From a virus (taxonomy: Duplodnaviria; Heunggongvirae; Uroviricota; Caudoviricetes), in the IMG/VR virus record IMGVR_UViG_3300028602_000006: a DNA stretch of 64,000 nt; one strand, written 5' to 3'. Positions 18,690 to 27,383 of this stretch are shown piece after piece (positions within the stretch are counted from its first letter, which is position 1; every line of letters starts with the position of its first letter). Below the pieces are notes generated by a model. That model saw only the letters and a program-made list of their open reading frames with translations. It did not search any database and had not been told where the DNA came from. Both the position numbers and the translations under genes were made by a program.

Positions 18690-18857
18690 GTGATATCAGC
18701 GGAGATATAGACGGAGGGACTTTTAGCACAAAGCAATTCATGAAGGTATATGAGATTATTTGCAATAATTTCTTAAAAAGATGCTTGACATTCAGTCTGC
18801 TATATGCGAAGATGCTGAATAATTGATAGTTGAATAATAATTAGAAAGGATATAATC

Positions 18858-20192
18858 ATGGCATCGTTAGTTGAGAAAGTACATCTGATAAAGTCTGACC
18901 CAGTAAACAATAACAATAAGTTTTGGATTGGAGAATTATATGATGATGATTCCGTGGTTTGTAGATGGGGAAGAGTCGGAGATACTGGGCAAAGTAAATC
19001 ATTCCCCAGCGGAGGAAAGAAATTTTTAGATTCAAAAGTCCGCTCTAAAAAGAAATCAGGACGTAATGGTGAAATCGCATATCGAGAAATAGAAATTATA
19101 GACGGAGCAAGCGTTCCTGCACCCAAAACATCCTCTACAAAAACTACCAGCGGTAGCCAACTATCTCAAATCGCCAAAAAGCAAATTCAAACTGGTGGTA
19201 ATCCTGAGGCACTTAAACTCATTGATTACCTTGTTAAAGTTAACGCTCATCAAATCGCAAGTATGACGGGTGGCCAAATTACTTATAACTATGATACAGG
19301 TCTTTTCCAAACTCCGATGGGTCTTGTTTCTCAGGCTAATATTGATGAAGCGAGAGATAAAATTACAGGTATTGGTGATATTGTAGCAAAGAAAAAGTAC
19401 AATGATCCTAATCTTATGGAACTTACTAGGGATTATCTTATGCTTGTCCCTCAGGATATTGGGCGTAAAAGGCTTGAACTTGATGATTTTTGGTGCGATC
19501 TAACTGCCGTTCAGAAACAGGATGCTATTCTTGACGGGCTTCAAGCTTCTTTAACGCAAGCAGCTAAAACCCCCGTAAAGTCCGTCAAAGATAATAAGCC
19601 CGAAGAGCAAATATTTCAAACTAAGCTCGAACTCGTTTCCGATCCTAAGGCGATTAAGAAAATAAAGGACTTATACCATAAAACTCGTCAGTCTATGCAT
19701 AATTGTTATCACCTTGATGTCAAAAAAGTATATACAATTGATATTAATACGGTTCAAGATGCGTTCAAAAGAGACGGCGCTAAGATGGATAATGTTTGGG
19801 ATCTTTGGCATGGGACTAGAGCGAGTAATCTACTCTCCATTCTTAAGGGCGGATTGATTATTCCGCCGTCAAATGCATCAAATGTTACTGGGCGTATGTT
19901 CGGAAATGGGGTTTACGCTTCTGATCAGTCCACAAAGGCTCTTAACTATGCTTATGGATATTGGGGCGGGGGCAAATCAGATGACAACTGCTTTATGTTC
20001 CTTCTTAAAATGGCCATGGGTAATTATTACACTCCTAAAAGTCCGTTTTCAGCTAACTCTGCTCCCAAAGGCTATGATTCCACCTTTGCACAGGCTCATA
20101 AGAGCGGGGTATATAATAACGAAATGATTGTATATAGGACATCCCAAATAAATCTTAGGTATTTGGTGGAATTTAGTCCGAATGGTAAATAA
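18858..20192 (+). CDS. Poly(ADP-ribose) polymerase-like protein (WGR domain + PARP catalytic domain)
   Basis: N-terminal WGR (FWIGELYDD...CRWGRVGDTGQ). Catalytic H-Y-E triad context HGTRASN...GIYFA-like GNGVYASDQ...YNNEMIVY. Confidence 0.75.
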   Translation: MASLVEKVHLIKSDPVNNNNKFWIGELYDDDSVVCRWGRVGDTGQSKSFPSGGKKFLDSKVRSKKKSGRNGEIAYREIEIIDGASVPAPKTSSTKTTSGSQLSQIAKKQIQTGGNPEALKLIDYLVKVNAHQIASMTGGQITYNYDTGLFQTPMGLVSQANIDEARDKITGIGDIVAKKKYNDPNLMELTRDYLMLVPQDIGRKRLELDDFWCDLTAVQKQDAILDGLQASLTQAAKTPVKSVKDNKPEEQIFQTKLELVSDPKAIKKIKDLYHKTRQSMHNCYHLDVKKVYTIDINTVQDAFKRDGAKMDNVWDLWHGTRASNLLSILKGGLIIPPSNASNVTGRMFGNGVYASDQSTKALNYAYGYWGGGKSDDNCFMFLLKMAMGNYYTPKSPFSANSAPKGYDSTFAQAHKSGVYNNEMIVYRTSQINLRYLVEFSPNGK

Positions 20193-20276
20193 AAAAGAAG
20201 AAGGGATAAATGTAATGCGAGAAGTAGAAATTTTCCCGCTCATGGAAGAACTTTGTAAATAAGATTTATTAAAAAA

Positions 20277-20408
20277 CGTCGGGTAGCTTAGTTGGGAAGG
20301 TAAATGTAACCCTGTCGTTCGTCACTCATGATATCATGATGACGACTTCAAAGCGTAGGGCAAGGAACGGCTCTAAGATCGGTGGTTCGAATCCATCCCC
20401 GACGACCA
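20277..20408 (+). tRNA. tRNA-like gene, atypically long (132 nt) with about 56-nt insertion; isotype undetermined
   Basis: 7-bp acceptor CGTCGGG/CCCGACG, discriminator A, CCA encoded. D-arm GCTT-AGTTGGGA-AGGT. Canonical T-arm GGTGG-TTCGAAT-CCATC. Central palindromic hairpin TCATGATATCATGA interrupts the anticodon region. Confidence 0.5.
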
Positions 20409-20456
20409 AAATAGAGATATGAAAGAATTATAGTCGCAAAGAATAGAGATTAGCTA

Positions 20457-21629
20457 ATGATACCATTTTACCTATTGCTCATTATTTATTGCTTCGTAAC
20501 GATGTTCATCCATTTTAAGTTCCATACTATTACTTGGTATGAATGGCTGGGTGTATGTCTGATTGGATTTGCTGTAACTGGAGTATTTCATGCTATTGCC
20601 GTTCATGGAATGACGGCAGACAATGAAATTTGGTCAGGTCAAATTACACGAGCAGTTCATTATCCAAGGTGGATTGAAGAATATCAAGTCGCTATATATA
20701 AAACAGTAACACATACTCGTAGTGATGGCTCTACATATACAACATCAGAATTCTCCCATTATGAAACCCGGCATAGAACTCATCCTGAACATTGGCAAGC
20801 AGAAACATCTATAACCCGACCAAAGGAAATTGATAAAAAGTTCTTCAATGAGATTGTTCAGAATTTTGGAGATCTTACCACAGAAAAGCCTCATAAAAGC
20901 GGATTCGATAGCGGCGATCCAAACATCTATGTAGCCTATAACAAAACTGGTTATGTCTATCCCATTACTGATATTCGATCATTCAAGAACAAGATCAAAG
21001 CATCCCCATCTGTATTTAGCTTCTCTAAAGTGCCAGAAGGAACACCAGTTTATGAATATCCTTATAGTCATTGGCTGGTATCTGCACGATTGATTGGAAC
21101 TGCATCGACGGTGATTGACATAACTGAATTTGATCGTCTTAATAGCCGACTCGGGCCTACTAAGAGGGTCAATGTCATTATTGTTGGGTTCAACTCATTA
21201 GATTCTCAATTGGGTCAATGGCAAGAGGCAAAATGGATCGGTGGAAAGAAAAATGATCTCGTGATTTGTTATGGTGGAACGACTAATGCAAATTGGGCGT
21301 ATTGCTTTGGATGGACAGAACAAGAGATAGTAAAGCGAAATATTGAGACTATTTTCTTGAAATTTCCCGTAAATGATGATATACTATTAAAAATAGAAAA
21401 TGAGATTAGAAAGAATTATGTCATTAAAGATTGGTCAAAATTTGATTACATTAGAGTGGAACCACCAAGATGGGCATTCATGATATTGGTTATTATTTTT
21501 ATTGGTACGCAGGGCGGGTTATGGGCATTTGCTCATTATAATGATTTTACTGATGAAGATAGGCCAATTATATCAGCACGGGAAAGAGAACGATTAATGA
21601 AAAAATATGGTTATAGGAGAATGAGGTAA
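20457..21629 (+). CDS. Membrane protein (N- and C-terminal TM segments), hypothetical
   Basis: Hydrophobic N-terminus (FYLLLIIYCFVTMFI...) and C-terminal TM (FMILVIIFIGT). Confidence 0.4.
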   Translation: MIPFYLLLIIYCFVTMFIHFKFHTITWYEWLGVCLIGFAVTGVFHAIAVHGMTADNEIWSGQITRAVHYPRWIEEYQVAIYKTVTHTRSDGSTYTTSEFSHYETRHRTHPEHWQAETSITRPKEIDKKFFNEIVQNFGDLTTEKPHKSGFDSGDPNIYVAYNKTGYVYPITDIRSFKNKIKASPSVFSFSKVPEGTPVYEYPYSHWLVSARLIGTASTVIDITEFDRLNSRLGPTKRVNVIIVGFNSLDSQLGQWQEAKWIGGKKNDLVICYGGTTNANWAYCFGWTEQEIVKRNIETIFLKFPVNDDILLKIENEIRKNYVIKDWSKFDYIRVEPPRWAFMILVIIFIGTQGGLWAFAHYNDFTDEDRPIISARERERLMKKYGYRRMR

Positions 21630-21630
21630 T

Positions 21631-22047
21631 ATGAATCTACGTGACATAAGACTATTAACTGACCCCATAGGCAATTTTTTAATGCTTGCGTTGGGAATTT
21701 TTATGATGTTTTTTACTATGTCAATGACCCAATTTGCATATTGGAATGGTTATCATATTACATTCATTGTTTTTGGTTTACTTACATTAGGGGTTGTTTT
21801 ACTTTTTGCGCATCACATAAGGGTTATAAAGGAAGCACAAAAGCTTCGTGATGAATATCGAAAGAGAACTGATCCTATTGGATGGAAATATTCTAGAGAT
21901 GGAGTGGAAGTTACAGGCGAAGTAATTGAAGATCTTACCAAATATACATTTAATGGTAAAGAAATTGTTTTGAATGATAAAGAATTTGATGGGATAATGG
22001 CAGTCAATAACATGATATGGCAAGAAAAACAACTGAGGAAAGTATAA
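21631..22047 (+). CDS. Membrane protein, hypothetical
   Basis: Two N-terminal TM helices. ATG overlaps the previous stop (TAATATG). Confidence 0.4.
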   Translation: MNLRDIRLLTDPIGNFLMLALGIFMMFFTMSMTQFAYWNGYHITFIVFGLLTLGVVLLFAHHIRVIKEAQKLRDEYRKRTDPIGWKYSRDGVEVTGEVIEDLTKYTFNGKEIVLNDKEFDGIMAVNNMIWQEKQLRKV

Positions 22048-22227
22048 TGGGAAATACAACAAAACGTATATTGAAAAACGAGAATTACTTGGGGACAAAT
22101 ATTGGAAAGACCCTAGATGGAAGAAAGTAAGAAAGCTAAGAGATGCGGGGAAACTGCGTGAAGCTAATAAAATTGTTTGTGAGATAAGATATAGTTATGG
22201 TTTGTAATAAGTAAAGGAAAATAAAAA

Positions 22228-22764
22228 ATGAAGACATGGATAGTATTAGGTAGTTTGGTTGCGGTATTGGTTATGTTTGGTGTGTTTGCAGTGGGATTGC
22301 TGAATAGTGAGGCTCGATTGGCTATTGCCGTTGAATCCAAACAAACGGATCAAACCAGCGAGTTTGATAATCTGACGAAAAAGATTTCACAGATGGCACA
22401 AATTCCAGAAGCCAAGAAGGATGCTCTAAAGGAAATCTTCGTGGAGTATGCCTCCGCACGTTCTGGCGACAAGACATCAGGTTCTTTGGCAAATTGGATT
22501 CATGAGGCTGTGCCGAATGTTGATATGAAGGAATTTGAGAATCTTCAGAATATCATTGTAGCTTCTAGGGATGCATGGACGATGAGACAGAAGGAACTGA
22601 TTGATTTGGATCGGGAGCATGATGCTATGTTTGTGGAATTTCCTACTGGTCAGATTCTTCGTATGTTTGGGCGCAAGAGGACTGAGATTGTAGTTATTAC
22701 ATCCAGCAAGACTGAGAAGGCCTTTGAGACTGGCAAAGATGATGATGTCCAGTTATTTAATTGA
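22228..22764 (+). CDS. LemA-family-like membrane-anchored protein
   Basis: N-terminal TM followed by LNSEARLAIAVESKQTDQ...FVEYASARS, which resembles the LemA block YNSLV...EQ...FTEVAEARS. Confidence 0.4.
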   Translation: MKTWIVLGSLVAVLVMFGVFAVGLLNSEARLAIAVESKQTDQTSEFDNLTKKISQMAQIPEAKKDALKEIFVEYASARSGDKTSGSLANWIHEAVPNVDMKEFENLQNIIVASRDAWTMRQKELIDLDREHDAMFVEFPTGQILRMFGRKRTEIVVITSSKTEKAFETGKDDDVQLFN

Positions 22765-23004
22765 TGGGATATATCAGAATGAAAACATTCGCACTAACAG
22801 TAAAAGCAGATTTAGAAAAATTGACATGTGGAGATGATTGCCCCTTTCGTCATTATGTTTCGTCTTCTAGTAAACAGAAATGCCTTCTTTACAATGATGT
22901 TTTAGAAGACTATTATGTGTATAACTCAAAAGAGGGAGTTAGAATGTGTGATAAATGTGTTAAAGTTCTTAGGAACATAAAGCAGTAAATACTAAGGAGA
23001 AATA

Positions 23005-23310
23005 ATGAAGAGTAGAATAACGTTAATAATAGCATTTCTAATAATCAGTACGTTGGTATATATTGGGGTGCAATTCGGAATTGATGTCGGATCGGTTCCA
23101 GTTCAAAATGAGATAGCGCTATCTCAGGTTGAGTCTAATAATAACACAGGTGATTGGATTGCAACTAACACGGCAAATCGAGCATCTGAAATGATTGGAG
23201 ATGTAGGGACTTATATTTATTACGCCATATTGCTTATTGGCGGATATAAGTTGGTTAAAATAGGCGTAGAAGTAAAGAACAAAAAAGAAAAGGAAAACAA
23301 AAATGCGTAA
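23005..23310 (+). CDS. Small membrane protein, hypothetical
   Basis: Signal/TM helix (ITLIIAFLIISTLVYIGV) and a second hydrophobic stretch. Confidence 0.4.
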   Translation: MKSRITLIIAFLIISTLVYIGVQFGIDVGSVPVQNEIALSQVESNNNTGDWIATNTANRASEMIGDVGTYIYYAILLIGGYKLVKIGVEVKNKKEKENKNA

Positions 23311-23611
23311 ATTAATTATTAGTCTATTCACAGTGGCAATTCTGATGCAAGGAACAACTGGATGCATTATTCGTCCATACAAAAAGGCATTACTTGAAGA
23401 ATTTGAGTCAAACGAAACAGTCTTCATGATTATGCTTGAAGGCAGTAGCGAGGATCAGGCAAAGTTTTCAAGTGTTGATTTGCTTGAAAGGCAAAGGTAT
23501 CTAGTAAACGGGTCGAAATTCCACAGCGATGGCTTCCTCTTGGAAGGCTTCGCAATCATGGGAAATGGATTCCATCTGCTAAGATTATCAAAGTTAATAG
23601 GTCGCCAGTAG
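23303..23611 (+). CDS. Lipoprotein-like N-terminal segment (possible detached N-terminus of the downstream SPFH gene)
   Basis: Signal peptide plus Cys (LFTVAILMQGTTGC). Ends where the SPFH reading frame is already open in another frame. Confidence 0.35.
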   Translation: MRKLIISLFTVAILMQGTTGCIIRPYKKALLEEFESNETVFMIMLEGSSEDQAKFSSVDLLERQRYLVNGSKFHSDGFLLEGFAIMGNGFHLLRLSKLIGRQ

Positions 23612-24333
23612 CTCGTCGATGGACACCCGAAGTTGAGTCCGGGACTTCCAGATCTAAACAGGGGCTTTCCGCAGAATCAAAGGATAGTATTGGTGTAACA
23701 TCTGGATTTGCTATTACGGCTTATATTAAAGAAATTGATGCAGCAAAATATCTGTATTACTTCCCGAATAGCCATCTTAGTGAAGTAATCGACAATCAGG
23801 TTTTCAATGCAGCGCAAGCAGTATATACGGCATGGGCAGCAAAATATAATCTGGATGAACTTCGTGAAAAGAAGTCAGAGATTACAGACGCCATGAGAGA
23901 AGAACTTATTCCCAAGTTTGCCGAAATGGGTATAACAATTGATAATACAATGGGATTAATTGGCGGTCTGTATTACGAAAATATAGATATTCAGAAGGCT
24001 ATTGATCAGGTCTTTATCTCTCAGACATTGGAAGAAAAGGCAGATGCTGAGCGTCTTGCACAGATTAAGGAGAACGAGAGAATTCTATCTATTGAACAGA
24101 ATCAAGCATCGATGCGTAAGGTAAAGGCTGATGCTGAAGCATATGAGATTACAAAGAAAGCCGAAGCTGTATCAAAGGGCGGAGATTCGTATATCAAATT
24201 GCTTGAACTTGAAGTCGAAATTCTCAGGATCGGCAAGTGGAATGGTACAGTTCCTCAGTTTAGCGGTGGGGATGGCGCTGGTGTAATCGGTCATGTTGTT
24301 GCGGGTAATGCGGCTCCTATCATAAATAAATAA
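23488..24333 (+). CDS. SPFH/band-7 (stomatin/prohibitin-like) domain ORF; no in-frame ATG/GTG/TTG before 23893
   Basis: Stop-to-stop frame from 23488 encodes ...TSGFAITAYIKEIDAAKYLYY...AVYTAWAAKYNLDELREKKSEITDAMREELIPKFAEMGITID...AEAYEITKKAEA. These are SPFH core and C-terminal motifs. The ORF track starts only at M23893. Confidence 0.5.
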   Translation, partial: KAKVSSKRVEIPQRWLPLGRLRNHGKWIPSAKIIKVNRSPVARRWTPEVESGTSRSKQGLSAESKDSIGVTSGFAITAYIKEIDAAKYLYYFPNSHLSEVIDNQVFNAAQAVYTAWAAKYNLDELREKKSEITDAMREELIPKFAEMGITIDNTMGLIGGLYYENIDIQKAIDQVFISQTLEEKADAERLAQIKENERILSIEQNQASMRKVKADAEAYEITKKAEAVSKGGDSYIKLLELEVEILRIGKWNGTVPQFSGGDGAGVIGHVVAGNAAPIINK

Positions 24334-24393
24334 CAATAAAAATTGCGAGGGGATGGAATTACCCATCCTCTCGCAAAACGCTGATAGGTAATT

Positions 24394-24888
24394 ATGAGCA
24401 TTAAAGAAATATTTTCAAAAGACCCTTGCGGATTTGTAATAGATTGTGATGTATGTCACGAACGCAAGGAGGATAATAAAATAGCGGAAAGGTTATGCAA
24501 TAATAGAATACATATTTGCGAATCTTGTCGAAAAATGATTCCCGATGATCTAGTTGATGCCCTAAGACAGTCTAATTATCCTCGAATTGATAAAGAATGG
24601 AGATGTAAAGCCGCTCGTCATTTCTTATTTAATATTCATGATAGTGATGATTCGTTCGTTTATGAATTAAGAACTCCGTCCAATTTGAAGGTCGGGACTT
24701 GGGCGGTTTACGGGAATGATTATTCTGAGGAATTTACAATACAAAGCGTCGAAAGCATCGAAAAATTGGAGGAGCGTACTGGTTATTTTGAGTTTAAATA
24801 TCGTGAAGGCCCGCTACATCTTTTGGGAGTGTTGAATGATGGCAAGCTTAGAAATTTTGTTTTGAAGTGGTCATTGGAGGAAGAATGA
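24394..24888 (+). CDS. Cys-rich hypothetical protein
   Basis: CGFVIDCDVCHER...CNNRIHICESCRK zinc-binding-like cluster. Confidence 0.4.
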   Translation: MSIKEIFSKDPCGFVIDCDVCHERKEDNKIAERLCNNRIHICESCRKMIPDDLVDALRQSNYPRIDKEWRCKAARHFLFNIHDSDDSFVYELRTPSNLKVGTWAVYGNDYSEEFTIQSVESIEKLEERTGYFEFKYREGPLHLLGVLNDGKLRNFVLKWSLEEE

Positions 24889-25202
24889 GCGAAAAGATGA
24901 AAAGTTATTGTAGCAAGATCATATGTCTGTTTGCGCTCGCTATATTCATTATATTATATACTGTTGTTTTACCTTCAGCTTTAACTGTGTTTTTTGTATG
25001 CCATGTATTTCAACTAGCTGATTATTGGATGATACTTTTTGGTTGCTTATTTGAAATAATATTAGTTTGCTTTATGATTATTCCGTTAAAAAGGCATTTA
25101 ATTGTGCCTCTATGGAATGATTACAAGTTTAAAAAAGAGCTTATATGTACGGCATCAAAAATTAACGAACCTGTATTGGATCACGTAGAGAGGGGAGAAT
25201 AA
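24867..25202 (+). CDS. Membrane protein, hypothetical
   Basis: Three hydrophobic segments. Confidence 0.35.
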   Translation: MVIGGRMSEKMKSYCSKIICLFALAIFIILYTVVLPSALTVFFVCHVFQLADYWMILFGCLFEIILVCFMIIPLKRHLIVPLWNDYKFKKELICTASKINEPVLDHVERGE

Positions 25203-25203
25203 A

Positions 25204-25482
25204 ATGATTAAAGTAATATTGGCATCAGTTACATTAGGGTTGATTCTTTACTTTGCGATAGTTTGGGTATCTTTTAATTTGCTTTTTGACACCATGCCAT
25301 ATATACCAAAGCTTCCATCTGGCTATTCTATGTATGTGAATGAGTTCGATGATTACAAATTTGTAGATCCAGACGGATACACATCAGAGACATATGACAA
25401 TAAGAAGTTCTGTATTAATGCGGCTATCGATCATTATAAAGAGAATCATTCGTCTAATATAATATGGAGGGCTGTAGACTAA
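25204..25482 (+). CDS. Small membrane-anchored hypothetical protein
   Basis: N-terminal TM. ATG follows the previous stop by 1 nt. Confidence 0.35.
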   Translation: MIKVILASVTLGLILYFAIVWVSFNLLFDTMPYIPKLPSGYSMYVNEFDDYKFVDPDGYTSETYDNKKFCINAAIDHYKENHSSNIIWRAVD

Positions 25483-26033
25483 TGAATACAGCATTGATTA
25501 GAATATGTAAAGGTTGTGGCGTAGTAACTGCGATAGATATGGATAATACGCCCGAGCATAAGAAGGACATGGAACTCCACGGCCATACTATATGCGAAGT
25601 ACCACAAGAGGACGCAATGACATATTGGAAGAGTGCAGGAAAATGCAAATGTAAAACAATAATTGAAGAAAATGCCGAAGAACCGCCATATATAGAGGCG
25701 ATTAGGGTATCAATAATTAAAGAAAGTAAATACAATCCGAAATATGGCAATACTAAACTTTGCAAATGCGGACATCCATACTATAGACATTTTGATACAT
25801 CTGAGGATATGGAGGCGGTGGGTTGTAAACATTGTTTTTGTATGGGATTCGAAGAAGGGAATGACCAAGCAAATGGAGGCGGAATAGAACAGGAAGAGAT
25901 TTTGACAGTTGACGAATTTAAAGAAAAATTGAGAAATTCTAAATACACCAACATACATGATTTTTATACGGATTTTGTTAAATGCAATCCTAGCGCCAAT
26001 GATATTCAAGAAATTAATAAAATTATAGGATAA
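25464..26033 (+). CDS. Cys-rich hypothetical protein
   Basis: CKGCG...CKCK...CKCGH...CKHCFC motifs. Confidence 0.4.
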   Translation: MEGCRLMNTALIRICKGCGVVTAIDMDNTPEHKKDMELHGHTICEVPQEDAMTYWKSAGKCKCKTIIEENAEEPPYIEAIRVSIIKESKYNPKYGNTKLCKCGHPYYRHFDTSEDMEAVGCKHCFCMGFEEGNDQANGGGIEQEEILTVDEFKEKLRNSKYTNIHDFYTDFVKCNPSANDIQEINKIIG

Positions 26034-26041
26034 TTTGCATC

Positions 26042-26386
26042 ATGAATAATCCAAATCCCAATGACAAAAATAACATCAAAATAGCCAAGTTTTGTGGATA
26101 CGAAGAAACTATTCTTTCTAACTGGCCGACTCAGCTACTTAATACTAAGACTGGTTTAGTAGAGACTATTCCTGATTATTGTGATGATTTAAACGCCATG
26201 CATAACGCTGAAGGCGTATTATTAAATAATGGGAGTATGTGGGATGATTATTGTGACTTATTAATGGATAACCTAGTCAAAAAGCAAGGATATCAGGCAG
26301 GAGAATTACTTATACATTCTTCGGCAAAACAACGGTCAGTTGCATTTTTAGAAATAATTGAGAGAGAAAATGGAAACGGTAATTGA
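26042..26386 (+). CDS. Hypothetical protein
   Basis: ORF in operon context. No motif. Confidence 0.35.
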   Translation: MNNPNPNDKNNIKIAKFCGYEETILSNWPTQLLNTKTGLVETIPDYCDDLNAMHNAEGVLLNNGSMWDDYCDLLMDNLVKKQGYQAGELLIHSSAKQRSVAFLEIIERENGNGN

Positions 26387-26675
26387 TTTGTCTGAACAAT
26401 CATTCAAAAATTCGCTCCATACTAATGAACGAACAAACATGAGTACCATTGATGATGACTATATGTTTGTTGCTTCAACTGATATGCCCGCATTATTGCC
26501 CAAACGGAAATTGGAAATATATCATAAGTGTTTATTGCCGGGTTGCGAAAATATGACATCACATAATGGAGGATATTGTAGCGCAGAACATTGTCGTCTG
26601 CATCGTAAAGGGATTAGTTTTCCACCTCTGAAGCCCCCTCATCAAGTAGCTCTTGTTCATCCGGCAATAGAATAG
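26358..26675 (+). CDS. Hypothetical protein with C-terminal zinc-ribbon-like motif
   Basis: CLLPGCEN...GGYCSAEHCRLH. Confidence 0.35.
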   Translation: MREKMETVIDLSEQSFKNSLHTNERTNMSTIDDDYMFVASTDMPALLPKRKLEIYHKCLLPGCENMTSHNGGYCSAEHCRLHRKGISFPPLKPPHQVALVHPAIE

Positions 26676-26937
26676 ACAGGAGTTTTTGCAATTCACCAAC
26701 ATGGACTTTCTCTTCATCTGCAATATCCTGTAGAGTTTTTTTCACAGTTTCATTGTCAGTTGAATCAACTACAGTCTCATATTGCTTTATTGCATCTTCT
26801 TCGGCTATGATGGCGTCCCTGATCGCCCTTGTAAGCTCTCTATCATTAAGCATTTCCATCGTTTCGACATTATCTAAATGTTGCGCTTTTCTTAATAAAA
26901 TCATATTTCCTGAATCTATATGCATGGTTTTCTCCAA
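26614..26937 (-). CDS. Ferritin-like/rubrerythrin-like four-helix-bundle protein
   Basis: Only clear minus-strand gene in the first 47 kb. Paired ExxH-type segments AIIAEEDAIKQYE and ADEEKVHVGEL. Followed by an AT-rich gap. Confidence 0.45.
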   Translation of the reverse strand: MEKTMHIDSGNMILLRKAQHLDNVETMEMLNDRELTRAIRDAIIAEEDAIKQYETVVDSTDNETVKKTLQDIADEEKVHVGELQKLLSILLPDEQELLDEGASEVEN

Positions 26938-27383
26938 ACAAGTGTTAACTATATTACCCTATATAATTCTATATTTTGACGGAGGCTTCCTTTGTCATAT
27001 TCTATGAATTAAAACTTGAAATGTCATATCATTTATACTATATTAATATAAGGAAATTTGGTGATTATTAAAGATATAACGATTGGGGAATATAGATATG
27101 GCAACAATGAGTTCTTTTCATGAACAATGTCGGAATAAACAGGCTGATTCCGCTGGCAGGCGGCGGATTAGGTTCGATTGGAAGAGTTTCCGTTTTAAAT
27201 GTGGTCGTTTTTTTCATATAATTCATCCTGTCAAGGGATACAAAGACTATATTTGGTGGGAATGGGAAGATAAATGATTTTTTCCGTAGATTTTATGTAT
27301 AATAGTAAAGGTTTAAAAAAAATATTAATGAATATTATTGATGCATCTTAATTATTAGATGTTAGGAGAACAAAAAAACTTAT

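Noticed and set aside
20277-20408. tmRNA interpretation of the tRNA-like element.
   Set aside because: 132 nt is far too short for a tmRNA. There is no tag-peptide reading frame or pseudoknot region.
24344-24378. Hairpin GCGAGGGGATGG...CCCATCCTCTCGC after the SPFH gene as a + strand terminator.
   Set aside because: The T-run is on the wrong side for the + strand, as it is preceded by A/T and followed by AAAACG. It is kept only as a weak possibility.
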